NCBI RefSeq assembly: GCF_006345805.1
Contig: NC_043000.1
Location: 157,418,001-157,482,000, forward strand
Length of the DNA stretch: 64,000 bases
DNA from: Octopus sinensis
Lineage: Eukaryota
Direction of reading: 5' to 3'
Shown: positions 12,479 to 25,732 of the stretch, one piece after another
Layout of the letters: each line of letters starts with the position of its first letter
How positions within the stretch are numbered: position 1 is the first letter of the stretch
The notes under the pieces: generated by a model
The model's input: the letters and a program-made list of their open reading frames with translations, nothing else
Database searches by the model: none
What the model was told of the DNA's origin: nothing
Translations under genes and position numbers: made by a program

Positions 12479-13965
12479 CATGTACAAAATATGTATATCT
12501 GTATACAAGTATATATACTTGCACATACAATTTTATTTTAAGTGCATATATAAATGTATGTATGTGTGTGTGCGTGTATAGATGTATGTATATACACTCA
12601 AAAAGGCGGTGTAGATTAAGTAGTCAGATTGGCAAGCTAATAAATATTGTACTGTTGAATATATTACATCCAAGTTTCAAATATTCTTGTTTTTGTAGGG
12701 AAAGTCCTGAGGAATGGAAAGTCACCTCCCAGCAGGTGTACATATATTTATGTACAGTAATTTGAACAACACATAGCTTGCAGAAATACAGAAGAGTATA
12801 AACTGTTTAGGAACCATAACTATTGACCTAAGAAAAAAATACTAATAGCAAAATTGCTTCATAACAGAAATTTAATTGTGTTAGTGTCTTCTATTTTCAC
12901 GTAAGTAAAGTCCCCAAGGGCAGCAGGCAAAAATGTTGTTTGTTACATTTCTATATGTTTATACTCGTATGCATTATATATTTTTTCTTGAGAAGATAGC
13001 CACTAAAATATTGAGTTCTACTGTAAATTATTTTATTTGTAAGAGGAGGCGGAGCAGAGCCCATAGCTTTTGAAGATCCTCCTACGATACTGAGATCTGT
13101 ACATTTGATGTTCAGTCCTCTGTTTGGATGACGCTTTTAAAGTATGAGTGATTCTGCATAGATCTCTGCGAGTGCGTGCGCATGTATGTGTATATATACA
13201 CACGCATACACATACATATATACATATGTATGCATGTATGTATATATATATGTTTGTGTGTGCGTGTGTGTGCCTGTGTGTGTGAATGTTACTATACGTG
13301 CGTCAGAATGTTAAGTCCGTCTGTTTGTGTATATGTAGTTGCAGCATTGTGTGTATGTTAAGTATGTGTGCGTATGTGTAAGGAGTTTTAACGTGTCACA
13401 TAAGATTGTGTAGGAGCATATTATCTTCAAAAGGAAAGAAATGCGCGCGCGCGAATGTTTGTATTAGAAATGTATAGACAGATGCGTTGAAGACATTACA
13501 TTCCGTAGTTACCATGTTGCAGATGAGAGAGAATTGTGTTAGATGTCATTAAATGAAATAAACTTTAACAAATCCAGTTCTGGAGATGAGAGACCGATGG
13601 AGGCGATCAATACAAATGGGAGTTGCTCACGCCAGACAAGGCCGTGCGTTTCGCTGCTATCAAGAGAAAACGCATCGTTTTTCGTCAAGTTCTTAAAGCT
13701 AAGACACGATTGGTGGGCAGTTTAGGTTTGGCTCACCAACATCCACATTGGTGGTCAGAAAGAGAGGGAAAGAAAGAGAGGAGAAAGCAAAGAAAAAAAG
13801 GACAGAAAGAAATATAGCGAGGGAAAGGGGGGGGGGAGAGAGTCAATTCGGTTGATGAAAAAAGTGGTTGTTTATCATTGCTGTCACCGCATTTGCTGGA
13901 AAGAAGTTTTAGTGGAGGATGGAGGGTCAGAGACATTACACTTTTTGCAAATGGGACACGATGTA

Positions 13966-14134
13966 AGCACAGGCGTGGCTGAATGGTAGTAGCTTGCTTC
14001 CCAACCACATGGTTCCCGGTACAGTCTCAGTGTGTGACACCTTGGGCAAGTTTCTTCTACTATAGCCTCGGGCCGACCAAAGCCTTGTGAGTGGATTTGT
14101 GGAGTTGGTAGACGGAAACTGCTTGAAGACCGTC

Positions 14135-14172
<38 letters not shown>

Positions 14173-14232
14173 TATATATGCTCCAGCATGGCCACAGTCA
14201 AATGACTGACACAAGTAAAAGACTAAAAGAGA
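13966..14232 (+). mobile_element. SINE family A, internally deleted copy
   Basis: The head and CORE-like caccttgggcaagtttcttc are followed by (TA)n joined directly to the 3' end tgctccagcatggccacagtcaaatgactga. Confidence 0.88.
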
Positions 14233-14627
14233 ATATATCTAGATGTATATGCGCGCGCGTATGTGTTTGTATGTGAATGAATGCGTGTTGATATGCGTGT
14301 CGAGTGTGAGGAGCTCGAGATATGCGAATGCCAGAAAGGGTATAGTGATTGAGTAGTAAATGATTTAGTGAGTTCAGGAGTCACAGAATGGGTGAGAATT
14401 ATTAGTGAAAATAGTTATGGATAACTGGAAAGGAGAATATGATGAAGCATGCGAGTGATGGATAGTGTAACTGAATTGCTGATAATATAGGCTATATATA
14501 TCAATATTATAGGGGAAGACCAAGTTAAAACATGACAAGCATAATATACGCTAAACTATGACTAATGAATATTATCAAACTCATATCATTGAAATATTTG
14601 GGAAAACTCCGCCACAAAGCCGTGGCT

Positions 14628-14646
14628 GATATATATATATATATAT

Positions 14647-14684
<38 letters not shown>

Positions 14685-14723
14685 CAGAGATTTATTATTA
14701 ATTATATGTATGTGTATACGTAC

Positions 14724-14757
<34 letters not shown>

Positions 14758-14774
14758 TATTATATATATATATA

Positions 14775-14853
<79 letters not shown>

Positions 14854-14924
14854 TATATATTATATATATATTATATATATATATATCGGTCAGAGATTTA
14901 TTATTAATTACATGTATGTGTATA

Positions 14925-14980
<56 letters not shown>

Positions 14981-14997
14981 ATATATATATATATATA

Positions 14998-15050
<53 letters not shown>

Positions 15051-15117
15051 TAGATATATATATATATATGTATATATATATAATATATTATATATATATA
15101 TGTATATATATATATAT

Positions 15118-15150
<33 letters not shown>

Positions 15151-15263
15151 GTATAAATGCATATATACATATACATGCGTATATATATATATATATATCG
15201 GTCAGAGATTTATTATTGCTTATATATGTATATGTGCATACATACATACATAAATATATATAT

Positions 15264-15296
<33 letters not shown>
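14628..15296. repeat. Large (TA)n array containing three copies of tcggtcagagatttattatt
   Basis: The motif occurs at about 14680, 14886 and 15198. Confidence 0.92.
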
Positions 15297-15726
15297 CGTT
15301 TCACTCGTATTGAGGTATAAAGTATTAATAACTAATATAATCTCTGTGTTTTGTCTATCACCCTCGCTTTGTCTATCTGTCTGGTTGCCTGTCTGTCGGT
15401 CTGTTTCAATTTATCAAATGACCTATGTTACACCGTGTGTTATACCTTGCCATGAGTATATGCATATACATGGATGTATCTCTACGCATATACATATGTT
15501 TGAACACGCCCCCGCGCTAGCACACACACACACACGCACACAAACAAACATGCAGACACATACACACACCATACATATTAGGAAATTAAATTCCAGCATC
15601 GCCTGATTCTCACATTTGACTTTTGAAAATTTTTACAATTTTAAAGTATTGCGTATAATAATAATAACACAAGTAATTTCATGCTTCCCGCAATCTTCAC
15701 GTTTAGTAGCCGTGTCAGTCAGTTTG

Positions 15727-15757
<31 letters not shown>

Positions 15758-15759
15758 AG

Positions 15760-16087
15760 TGTTCTAGGTTCACCCCACTGCGTGGCACTTTGCGCAGGTG
15801 TCTTCTACTATTGCTTCGGGCCGACCGAAGCCTTGTGAGTGGATTTAGTAGGCGGAAACTGAAAAGTGCCCATCGTATATGTATTTATCGACATGCGTTA
15901 TGGTAACGAAAAGACACCGGTGTTTGTGTGTTTACGTCCCCATAACATAGCGTTTCGGCTAAAGAGGACCGATAACATAAGTACCAGGCTTAGAAATCAA
16001 ACAGTGGGGTCGATTCATTCGGGTAAAATTCCCCAAAGCAGTGCCCTAGCATGGCTGCAGTCAAATGACTGAAACAAATAAAAGATT
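15760..16087 (+). mobile_element. SINE family A, 5'-truncated copy
   Basis: ggttcaccccactgcgtggcactttgcgcagg through to gcagtcaaatgactgaaacaaataaaag. Confidence 0.85.
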
Positions 16088-16088
16088 A

Positions 16089-16119
<31 letters not shown>

Positions 16120-16120
<1 letters not shown>

Positions 16121-16556
16121 AGGTTTGGAGATGATGTAAAGGTATTATATATTAGAAGAAATAAGGTACTCAGAAATCTAGATGGTTTTATATTTACAGA
16201 TTTTTACTAATATGTTACATGTTTTTATAAAGAAGAAAAAAAAATTTCTTCTTTCTCTCTTCCTTTCCTTCGCTTTTCCATTTACACTCCTTTCAGATAC
16301 AACGGCACACACGCACACACACACACGCACTCTCTCTCTCACTTTCTCCCCATTCCTCACCCTCTTTTACTATCCTGTATCTTTCTCCACCCCTAAACAC
16401 TCAATGATACTATAAAAAGAGACAAATCTCATGAAAAAATTCAATCTGAAGAATCCACTAGAGTGGATGCAAGTGCTATTTTATGATTTATAAAAACATG
16501 TGACATATTAATAAAAATCTGTAAATATAAAACCATCCAGATTTCTGAGTACCTTA
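16120..16556. mobile_element. Inverted-repeat element (70-bp arms) with hammerhead-like motif; probable Penelope-like pLTR remnant
   Basis: Arms 16162-16231 and 16487-16556 are reverse complements with about 3 mismatches. The motif aat-CTGAAGA-atccac-taga-gtggat-GCAA-gtgct-att lies at 16443-16480. Confidence 0.65.
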
Positions 16557-17182
16557 AAGAGAGAGTGAGATTTGTATTATATAAATACATGTGTATACTC
16601 ATATATTTGTGCACATATATTATTTATTCAAGTAATGGAAAGTTTGCTGTTCGAGAAATATTTAGAACGTAAACACATGCCTAATACTATTTTCTTCTTC
16701 AGTCAACAATATTGGCTTGTTGGCTAACTCCCAGAAGGGCATGAACTGGTTCAATACGGGGCAATATACTGTCGGACAGTATCACATGTTTATAAATCGT
16801 TAGTGTCATTGATTTTTACCATTAATTTTCATATGTATAGGATCACATTCATGTACTTGATCATGCAATAAGCTATGATCTTGAGAAACATTTGCCTGCT
16901 ATTTCTGGCCAACTGAGCACTGAAGTGGAGGCTTCATTATAATGTTTATAATGTTAGCGTAATTAAGGGCGTTACAAATTGAACAAACTACACGTAAGAA
17001 GATGACAGGGGTTTGCAGCGGTGAACATGTAGGTTTGGGTCAATAAACCTTGCAAACATCTGTATGATTTATAAGAAGAGAAATTCAAATTAGCAATTAT
17101 TCGCATAACAATAAAACTAACTTTATAAAAAAGGAATAATAGAATAATAGAATATATGTTGTGCTGGTATACAAAGATGAAG

Positions 17183-17244
17183 ACACCCACCCACACCCAC
17201 ACACCCACCCACACCCACACACCCACCCACACCCACACACCCAC

Positions 17245-17246
<2 letters not shown>
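17183..17246. repeat. 18-bp C/A minisatellite (cacacccacccacaccca-like)
   Basis: About 3.5 tandem units. Confidence 0.8.
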
Positions 17247-17305
<59 letters not shown>

Positions 17306-17316
17306 AGTGTGTGTGT

Positions 17317-17583
17317 GTGGAGGCGCAATGGCCCAGTGGTTAGGGCAGCGGACTCGCGGTCGCAGGCTCGCGGTTTCGATTCTCAGACCGGGCGTTGTGA
17401 GTGTTTATTGAGCGAAAACACCTAAAAGCTCCACGGCGCTCAGCAGGGGGGGGGTGATCCCTGCTGTATTCTTTCACCACTCTTTCTTCTGTTGGCCTGC
17501 TCGCTTAGCCAGCGGGGTGGCGTCGTTCGTAGGCTAAAACAATGCGAACGCATTGTGACCAGCGATGTGTAACAACATCTGAT
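17317..17583 (+). mobile_element. tRNA-derived SINE family C, body type 1
   Basis: The head ggaggcgcaatggcccagtggttagggcagcggactcgcggtc...ggtttcgattc carries A and B boxes. The same head occurs at 28955, 30259 and 58439. Confidence 0.88.
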
Positions 17584-17934
17584 ATATATATATATATATT
17601 CTAAAACGAGATAAAGCATTCCCGGGTCTCACCTTCGTTACCGGAGGACGAACAAGAAGAGGTGGTTGTATGTATGTATTCATGTATGTATTTATGTATA
17701 TATGTATGTATATGTATGTATGTTTGTGTGTGTATGTATATATACATAGATACACACAAGCATGTAAATATATGGGTATATAAATGTGTGTAAACGCCTG
17801 TGAGTGTATATGTGTATGTATAAATACATATAAAAGATGAAACTAGTCAGATTTTCAATAATTTAAAAATTATTCACATGATAAACAGCTTGATATTTAT
17901 CTACGAAAAGGACAAAAACCAACAATATAAATAA

Positions 17935-17966
<32 letters not shown>

Positions 17967-18572
17967 ATGAATATACAAATGAAATGGTAAGTGTAGTGGC
18001 AGCAAGCAGCAGCACGGCAGTAATAGCAATGGTGGTGGTAGTCGTATTAGAAGTAGTATTTGTAGTAGTATGAGTATTAGTAGTAATATTAGTAGTATTA
18101 GTAGTCGTCGGCGTCGTCATCGTAGTAGTAGTAGTAGTAGTAGTAGTTTTGCATTTTCTAAAAGTGATACAGTTGATATGATGGTTAATCATTTTATAAT
18201 TCAAAGAGATAGAGAGAGAGAGAGAGGGAGGAAGAAGAAGAGAGAGAGAGGGGGAAGAAGAAGAGAGAGAGAGAGAGAAGGAGTGACTTTGGTTGCTGCT
18301 ACGTAATCTTAAGCTGAATGAATTAATGAAGTTCATAAAAGTGGTAACTTTGATACAATCTCATCTGAAGATTGAAAGATTAGTCAAAGAATTCTGTTAA
18401 AGACATGAATGAAGACCAGCTATGTGAAGCTGATCCTTTATATCCATGTGTGATGACTATGAAAAAGCACCTCCCAAGAAAGGGGTATCGGCCTGTTCGA
18501 CTTTGCAAGAGATCATGAGGACTTTCGCTTCGGAAAATTCAGTGATACCCAAGCCTTGATTTTGTATAGTCA

Positions 18573-18952
18573 TTTACTTGTTTCAGTCATTTGACTGTGG
18601 CCATGCTGGAGCACCGCCAGGAGTTATTCTTTGTAAGCCTAGTACTTATTCTATTGGTCTCTTTTGCCAAACCACTAAGTTACGGGGACGTAAACACAAC
18701 AGCATCGGTTGTCAGGCGATGTTGGGGGACAAACAACACAGACACACAAACATATACACAAACACATACATACATAACATACATATATACGATGGGCTTC
18801 TTTCAGTTTCCGTCTACCAAATCCACTCACAAGGCTTTGGTCGGCCAGAGGCTATAGTAGAAGACACTTGCCCAAAGTGCCACGCAGTGGGACTGAACCC
18901 GGAACCATGTGGTTGGTAAACAAGCTACTTACCACACTGCTGCTCCTGCACC
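18573..18952 (-). mobile_element. SINE family A, near full-length
   Basis: Reverse complement of the family A consensus, from head to the gactgaaacaagta tail. Confidence 0.92.
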
Positions 18953-19926
18953 TTGCAGATGTTTTTCGGAAATCCATTAAATATCTCGCGCGGATTACAA
19001 AAACATATTTTCTCAGTAAATTGAATTGTTTTCGTAAGTTCTAGGTCATGGGAAATAACATTCAGCTCATGTGTATAAAAAATGTGATACATTATGTACA
19101 TATACTATGTACATAACTACAGAACATCTCTCCAGACTGCATGACAATATGAGCTACAGATTAGCTGATCTGATCAATGTAGTTAGGCAAGATGACCATC
19201 TCTAGCTAATGACCATGCAAAATGAAGATTGTAAAGCTCACCCATTCTTCAAAATAACATGAAATATATTGAAATAAACATACTTCACTTGACTATATCG
19301 CGCAAATTGTCGCTAAATATAAATTCATTCTGCTGGTAACTTGTCTTCCTTAACAACATATTTGCTTGAATCTGCCATTGGTACTGTTATGTATATGTTG
19401 ATTAAAAAGAGAGACGTCGTCATTTTTGTGATCATGGTGAACTTCAGGCAATAATAAAAGAATTTGTTTTACAGTTTTTTATTCTCTAATTTCTCTACTC
19501 GTAAGCCCAAATGGCCACTAAATCAAATGGAAGTTTTGTATTACGAGAATTTCATCATTATCTTATTTTCTTTCTTCTAATGACACGTCATAAAGTGCAT
19601 TTGACCTTCCCAGTAAAATATTTGAGCATTAAATCAAGCGGAAATTTTATTAACCATTAACATAAGGATGTCTTTTTTTACTTTGGTCACAATTAGTGAA
19701 GGAATTCAGGTTCATAAATTGTTTCAATAATTGCCACTGTAAAAGTACAACAGCGAAAATATTATTTGAGAGCAAATCAAAATCGAGTAAAAAACACAAA
19801 CAAACTTAGGATTTCAAGGGAAAATGAGATCTGAGACTCTGAGAAGCTCTGATGTGGATGCTGTCTCTTGCTGCGGTTGTTCATGTTAGTCGATGTGTAA
19901 TTATTAATGTAGTGGACTAACTCGAA

Positions 19927-20970
19927 ATGGCACAAGCATTCAAATACTCTACTGTGGTATTATGGTGTTCCTTTGGTTAAGATAACATGACTGAATCAAA
20001 AGTGTTTTTCAGATTTTCACTGCCAATGAACGTGTGACACAAAATTGGTTCAGATGTTTCAAGGAAGGATACCATCCTCGAAGACAAACCAATATCTAGG
20101 AGACCTTCTGTAATGGAAGATGTAGATTTGCTTGAAATCGTTGAAGAACAACCAATCATTAACACCCTTACATTGTCGGCAGAAATTGGTCTTTCACAAA
20201 ACAGCACCAATAAGCACCACCATAAGCTCGGGCTTGTGAACAGATGCTCCTCATGAACTGATCTTGACCAGGCTCAACGACATATAAACATTTCCATGAA
20301 ACTGTTAGCGAATCCTCGAGATGCTCGTTTTTGGCGTCGATTTGTTACTGGAAATGAAGAGTGGACCTATTTTAATAATCCAACTAGGCTTCAGAACTTG
20401 TTGCCAAACAAAGGCGATTTGAATAGAAGGTCAAACTGTTGGTTTGGTGAAATTTAGAGGGGGTGTTGCTCTTGTTCTGAGTGGTCATGCTGTGAACTGT
20501 AACCTTTATGTTCAACAACTATAGCAAGTATGTGACGCTTTGAAACTCCACTCCCAGGAATTGGTCAGTCGAAGATGTGCACACCTATAGCATGACAATG
20601 CCGCAGGGGGATATGGCTAATTGGACCAAGCACACACTTGATGAACCTAAGGTATTGGAAGTGCTGCCTCAACCTGTCTACAGTCCAGAACTTGCTCCAC
20701 CAGATTACCACCTTTTTCTGAGCCATGACTCTTTTCCTGCACAGACAGAGGTTCAACAATGTGGATGAGGTTGAAAACGGGTGTAAGGAGGTTTTGCCTC
20801 TAAACCAGCCAAATGGTATAAGCATGGAATTGAGGTTCTGGCATAAAAGTGGCAGCAAACGATAGAATATGATGGGTTATGTTCCGATGAACAAAACACC
20901 TTTCATGTGAAATTTGTTGGTACTAATAATTACAGCCTGAAATACTAAACAAATTTGACTCATCTTGGTA
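19927..20970 (+). mobile_element. Mariner (Tc1/mariner DD34D-type) transposase relic
   Basis: Fragments QNWFRCFKEG, RPSVMEDVDLLEIVEEQP, (A)PHEL, FVTGNEEWTYF, HDNA and EVLPQPVYSPELAPPDYHLF, with many stops and frameshifts. A TIR pair was not identified. Confidence 0.92.
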
Positions 20971-21393
20971 CACTCTGCAGTTGCTCATTTCACCTATCTA
21001 CCACAGTATGAGAGAAGCTGGAAACACAGGCACACACACATACATATATACATACATATATAAATACATATGCACATGTGTGTGTGTTTGTGTGCGTGCT
21101 TCTGCGTGTGGGTGTATACATAAGTGCATGTTTATATATGTATATGGATGTATGTGTTTATCTTTGGTTGACGTATATCAGTGAGAATGTAAAGAGCGGA
21201 TCGCTGAGAGGAGAGCACGAAAATAAGAAATAATAATAAAAAAGCAACAGTACTTTGAAACGGAGTTCTTTACTTAAGTTTACATTTCCTCGCTGCATTA
21301 TGTAACTTCATTGTGTTGAGCCATTGACAGGTCCAGTGAAATCTTGATACCTACGAAGCTATTCTTAAATAATAGAATAGCTACTCAAATTAT

Positions 21394-21736
21394 GAAGGCG
21401 CATGGCTCAGTGGTTAGAGCGTCGAGCTTACGATCGTGAGGATGTGAGCTCGAATCCCGGACCGGGCTGCGTGTTGTGTTCTTGAGCAAGACACTTTATT
21501 TCCCGTTGCTCCAGTTCAATCAGCTGTAGAAATGAGTTGCGACGTCACAGGTGCCAAGATGTATCGGTCCCTTTGCCTTTCCCTTGGGTAACACTGGTGG
21601 CGTGGAGAGGGGAGGCCGGTATGCATGGGCGACTGCTGGTCTTCCATAAACAACCTTGCCCAGACTTGTGACTAGGAGGGTAACATTCTAGGTGCAATCC
21701 CATGGTCAGTGTCGTTACCGAAGGGGGTCAACAACA
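21394..21736 (+). mobile_element. tRNA-derived CORE-type SINE family D, full-length with TSD
   Basis: Head gaaggcgcatggctcagtggttagagc, CORE-like gtgttcttgagcaagacactt and a (CAA)n tail. The 12-bp TSD actcaaattatg lies at 21383-21394 and 21737-21748. Confidence 0.92.
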
Positions 21737-21901
21737 ACTCAAATTATGTAGTCTTAAATATAGAAACGACTACATTATATAATATAGTCTCAGATACCCA
21801 AATGATCATGGGGTAACCCGACCAAGGCTTATCTGGGGTTAAGCCGCAAAAATACCAAAATCTTCATTAACAACTATGTGTTAATAACAACTTCATCAAT
21901 A

Positions 21902-22140
21902 AGGCGGCGAGCTGGCAGAACCGTTAGCACGCCGGGCGAAATGCTTAGTGGTATTTCGTCTGCCGTTACGTTCTGAGTTCAAATTCCGCCGAGGTCAACT
22001 TTGCCTTTCATCCTTTCGGGGTCGATAAAATAAGTACCAGTTACGCACTGGGGTTGATATAATCGACTTAATCCGTTTGTCTGTCCTTGGTTGTCTCTTC
22101 TGTGTTTAGTCCCTTTTGGGTAGTAAAGAAATAGGTATAG
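21902..22140 (+). mobile_element. tRNA-derived SINE family B (central gcctttcatcctttcggggtcgataaa domain, Meta/MESC-like)
   Basis: ggcggcgagctggcagaaccgttagcac...gagttcaaattcc (B box) followed by the conserved central domain. There are many copies in the window; the domain name is from recall. Confidence 0.9.
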
Positions 22141-22689
22141 TTTGGTGAAGTAAGAAATTCATCCACCTGAAGTACTTTTGTTAAACTACACGAAGTTTTT
22201 AGAGGTGTCCCACTGGATTTGCTATGGCATTCAACGTTTACTACTCTCCCATTATTGTTTACTCATGCCAGTTATTGCAACCATCTATTTCTTTTACTGA
22301 CTTTCTTCTGCTCTTCACTCACCCACTCTCACCCCACCTTTCATCTAATACTTCAAGCTATTCATTGACAGATCGTAATTCTTTAGTGACTTCATTTCCG
22401 CTGTTCCATTTACTTTACCAACACTTCTTTCACCACACACACTGTTTTGCCGTCTCAATAATTTTTCATCATCAGTCGTGTAACTTTTTTTTTAGCAACT
22501 GGCTCACACCAAAATGTACTCTACCTACCAATTCCCAAACCACTGCCTGCCGCCGCCGCCGCCGCCACCTCAGCAGCAGCAGCAGTAACAACAACAAATT
22601 TACAACAACCCCAGCAGCAGGAACAACTCCAATTGTAAGAGCAGCTACAATACTAGCAAAACCTACAAACCCACAAACCCAAGAACAGC

Positions 22690-22731
<42 letters not shown>

Positions 22732-22745
22732 TATATATATTATAT

Positions 22746-22819
<74 letters not shown>

Positions 22820-23692
22820 AAGAAGTCGAAATGTAGTCTCAGTCGCCAACTCTATCGCCACTCTCTAAAACTTCCTAAATCTCGGTACTAAGCCAAACAC
22901 ACCACTTGTCAAACCAATACCGAAATCAGTCACAGCAAAGCACAAAAACACAAAACAAAACAATTCAAAACAAAAACAGAATCAAGAACACCAAACATAA
23001 AAATAAAACAAAATAACACATAAAAAAACACCACACGAAAAAGGAAATGTAATAAAACAACCAACGGCTGCCAAATCTAATCTCACACTTTCCCTTCCAT
23101 AAACCAGAGAATTGTAGAATAACTCAACAGCAGTCATCCCAAACCCTCTGCCCTTAGAATGCCATGATTAACAATCAAACCGGCCCCTCAAGCACCGTTG
23201 CTTGACTGGTTACTATTGATTACCAGCCAATGAAAGAAATGGTATCAATACTTTTTTTCGTATCAGGTGGAGTCTGCAGTGGAAGGCATGATAGGGTACT
23301 GAACTAAAATGTTTTTTTTTTCACTGTATGAAGTTTTACTACCAATCTGTCTGCTCTACGTTCTAATTCCAGCCGATAATTATTTTATTGTTCATCTTAA
23401 ACAGCAGGTGTGATATCGTTCTGCGAATGAATTTATTCAACAGAACTTACTCCATTACGAAATTGGTTTTCTGGTCGCATTAAAAAATTGATAAAATTAT
23501 GTAGTTGTGGTGGATGGTCAGTTGACATGACAAGTATGATATAACACTGGTCGAAAGTCATTGCAAGATTTAGCATTGCATTCTTATATTACACGTTCAA
23601 TTTCTATCGAGCTCGATGTTATTTCGCTTCGTCCTTCTTTCTACAAATAAAATAAATATCAGTCGTACTGATTCAGTTTATAATAACAAGGT

Positions 23693-24032
23693 TGCTGAGA
23701 ACCCCTTCGGTCATGACTGACCATAGGATTGCACCTAGAAAGTTATCCTCCCAGGCATATATCCGGGCAAGGTTGTCTCTGGAAGACCAGCAGTCACCCA
23801 AGCATACCACCCTCCCCTCTCCACACCACTGATGTCATCCAAGGGAAAGGCAAAGGTCGATACAGCTTGGCATTTGTGACGTCGTAACTCATTTCTACAG
23901 ATGAGTGAACTGGAGCAACGTGAATTGAAGTGTCTTGCTCAAGAACACAACACGCAGCACGGTCCGGGATTTGAACTCACAACCTCACGATCGCAAGCTC
24001 GACGCTCTAACAAGTGGGCCATGCGCCTTCAC
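23693..24032 (-). mobile_element. SINE family D, full-length with TSD
   Basis: Reverse complement of the 21394 copy. The 11-bp TSD aataacaaggt lies at 23682-23692 and 24033-24043. Confidence 0.92.
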
Positions 24033-24132
24033 AATAACAAGGTACGAAATTAATAATTGAGCTATACATAAGTACATAGTGTAATGTAGGGAGAAAGGCG
24101 AAGTAACGTCGTTACCCAAATTTCAACAACGA

Positions 24133-24510
24133 CATCATCATCATCATCATCATTATTCAACATACACTTTTCCATGTATGCTTATGTCACACGGAATTCA
24201 CTGAGGAAGATTCTTTTCGGTCGAACGCCTTTCCTGCAGTCAACTATCACCAGTTTCCAAACAAGGTAATATTTTCGCAGAAGAAATGAAACGAGCAACA
24301 TAGCTTGTATGATGGTGATGCTCGTTTACAATCAACACATAGTATTAGGACAGCGGTACACACACGCACACACACGTACACACACACTGTGGGGTTCTTT
24401 CGGTTTCTATCTAGTAAATCCACACACAAGGCTTTAGTCAGTCCTGGACTATAGTGGAAGCTGCTTGCCCAAAATACCGCGGAGGGGGGATTGAACCTGA
24501 GACCACACCG
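24133..24510 (-). mobile_element. SINE with a family A-type 5' part and a different, RTE-like (GAT)n-tailed 3' part
   Basis: 24385-24510 matches the family A 5' half. 24133-24360 ends in (cat)n and matches 31295-31330 and 31549-31585, not the family A tail. Confidence 0.6.
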
Positions 24511-25265
24511 CTTTCCTAAATGCAAAGTCAGAAATCCGGGATCTAGAATTATCCAGTAATTTTTTACTAGTTTCATCTTGTCTCTTTGTTTTCTCTCCGT
24601 GTTGATATGTGGACAATTAAGGTGGTCTTAGAGTCAGATCATGGCTGCTATTTTCAGCATGGTGGTTTCTCGGAGATACCCTAATTTATAATTATATATA
24701 TATATATATATATATATAATCAAGTAAAGGAAATAGACCTCATTTAGGTTTTATAGCCGTTATCTCAACATGTATTTCTAATCGGCATATCTTTACTACT
24801 TCTGAAGCGATTCATCTTATGATCATTTTAATTTTATAAATCGATTACCTAAATATTTCTGAATTTTTCTGAAACAGCCGTCAGAGATGTTGTCATATTT
24901 TATAATTAATAAATAATACTTTATTAACTGCCTCTCCATTTCCTCTTTATTCTTTATATATATATATATATATATATTACGGAGATGTACTCGCATAGCA
25001 AGTAATTTGATCTGAGATCTGTGCGGAAACGAAAACAATTGCAGCGTGGAAGGTGGCTTATAATGGCTTATAAACACCTTCCACGCTGCATATCTTTTTT
25101 ATAAGATTAATTCCGAAATTGATTCAATATAGAGATAACGAAATTTAAATTTTCTAAAGATTAGTTGCCCGTTTTCAGTTTCAATTCTCCTGTAGCAAGC
25201 GGATTATAAGTGGATAAATCAGTGTATTGGCTTTAGAATAACCCTCTTTAACCCTTAATTATATG

Positions 25266-25323
<58 letters not shown>

Positions 25324-25338
25324 TATATATATATTATA

Positions 25339-25732
25339 CTAGCAGTATCGCCCGGCGTTGCTCGGGTTTGTAAGGGAAATAACTATATAAGCATTTTTAG
25401 AGAGTTATAGCCAAAAAATAGGAAAAAATGCATTAAAAATGGAAAAAAAATTAAGGTAAATTTCTTTTTAAATCGTTGACACATCGTAGATATTTTTAGA
25501 GAGTTACTTCCCTTACATAATAGCAAAAAAATGCATTAAAATGGAAAAATATGATGGTAATTTTTTTAAATCGTAGACTCATCGTAGACGCGCGCTAATA
25601 ACCAGAAGGGCTCGATATGAATCACGACTATAAGATACCCGGTTTTGGTTACACTGCACCGCAAAATGTGGGAGTCGTTACGAATCTAAATCGTAGGAGA
25701 CAGACACACAACTTCACTCTTATATATAAAGA
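25339..25732 (-). mobile_element. Non-autonomous Helitron (family Y, copy 1)
   Basis: The minus strand begins A|TC (25732) and ends CTAG|T (25339). It has the subterminal hairpin cccgagcaacgccggg, internal tandem subrepeats of about 100 bp and no TSD. Confidence 0.88.

Noticed and set aside
12685-12745. Small exon after tgtttttgtag
   Set aside because: The donor is weak, there are no neighbouring exons and the peptide is unrecognisable.
14680-15221. CRISPR-like repeat-spacer array
   Set aside because: The intervening sequences are variable-length TA microsatellite, the context is eukaryotic and no cas genes are present.
17317-17395. tRNA genes (also 21394, 21902, 30259)
   Set aside because: A/B boxes are present but there is no complete cloverleaf or terminator, and each continues into a multi-copy SINE body, often with a TSD.
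22545-22625. Poly-Ala/Gln or Arg/Ser coding repeat (GCC, CAG, CAA)
   Set aside because: It runs directly into (TA)n with no coding context.
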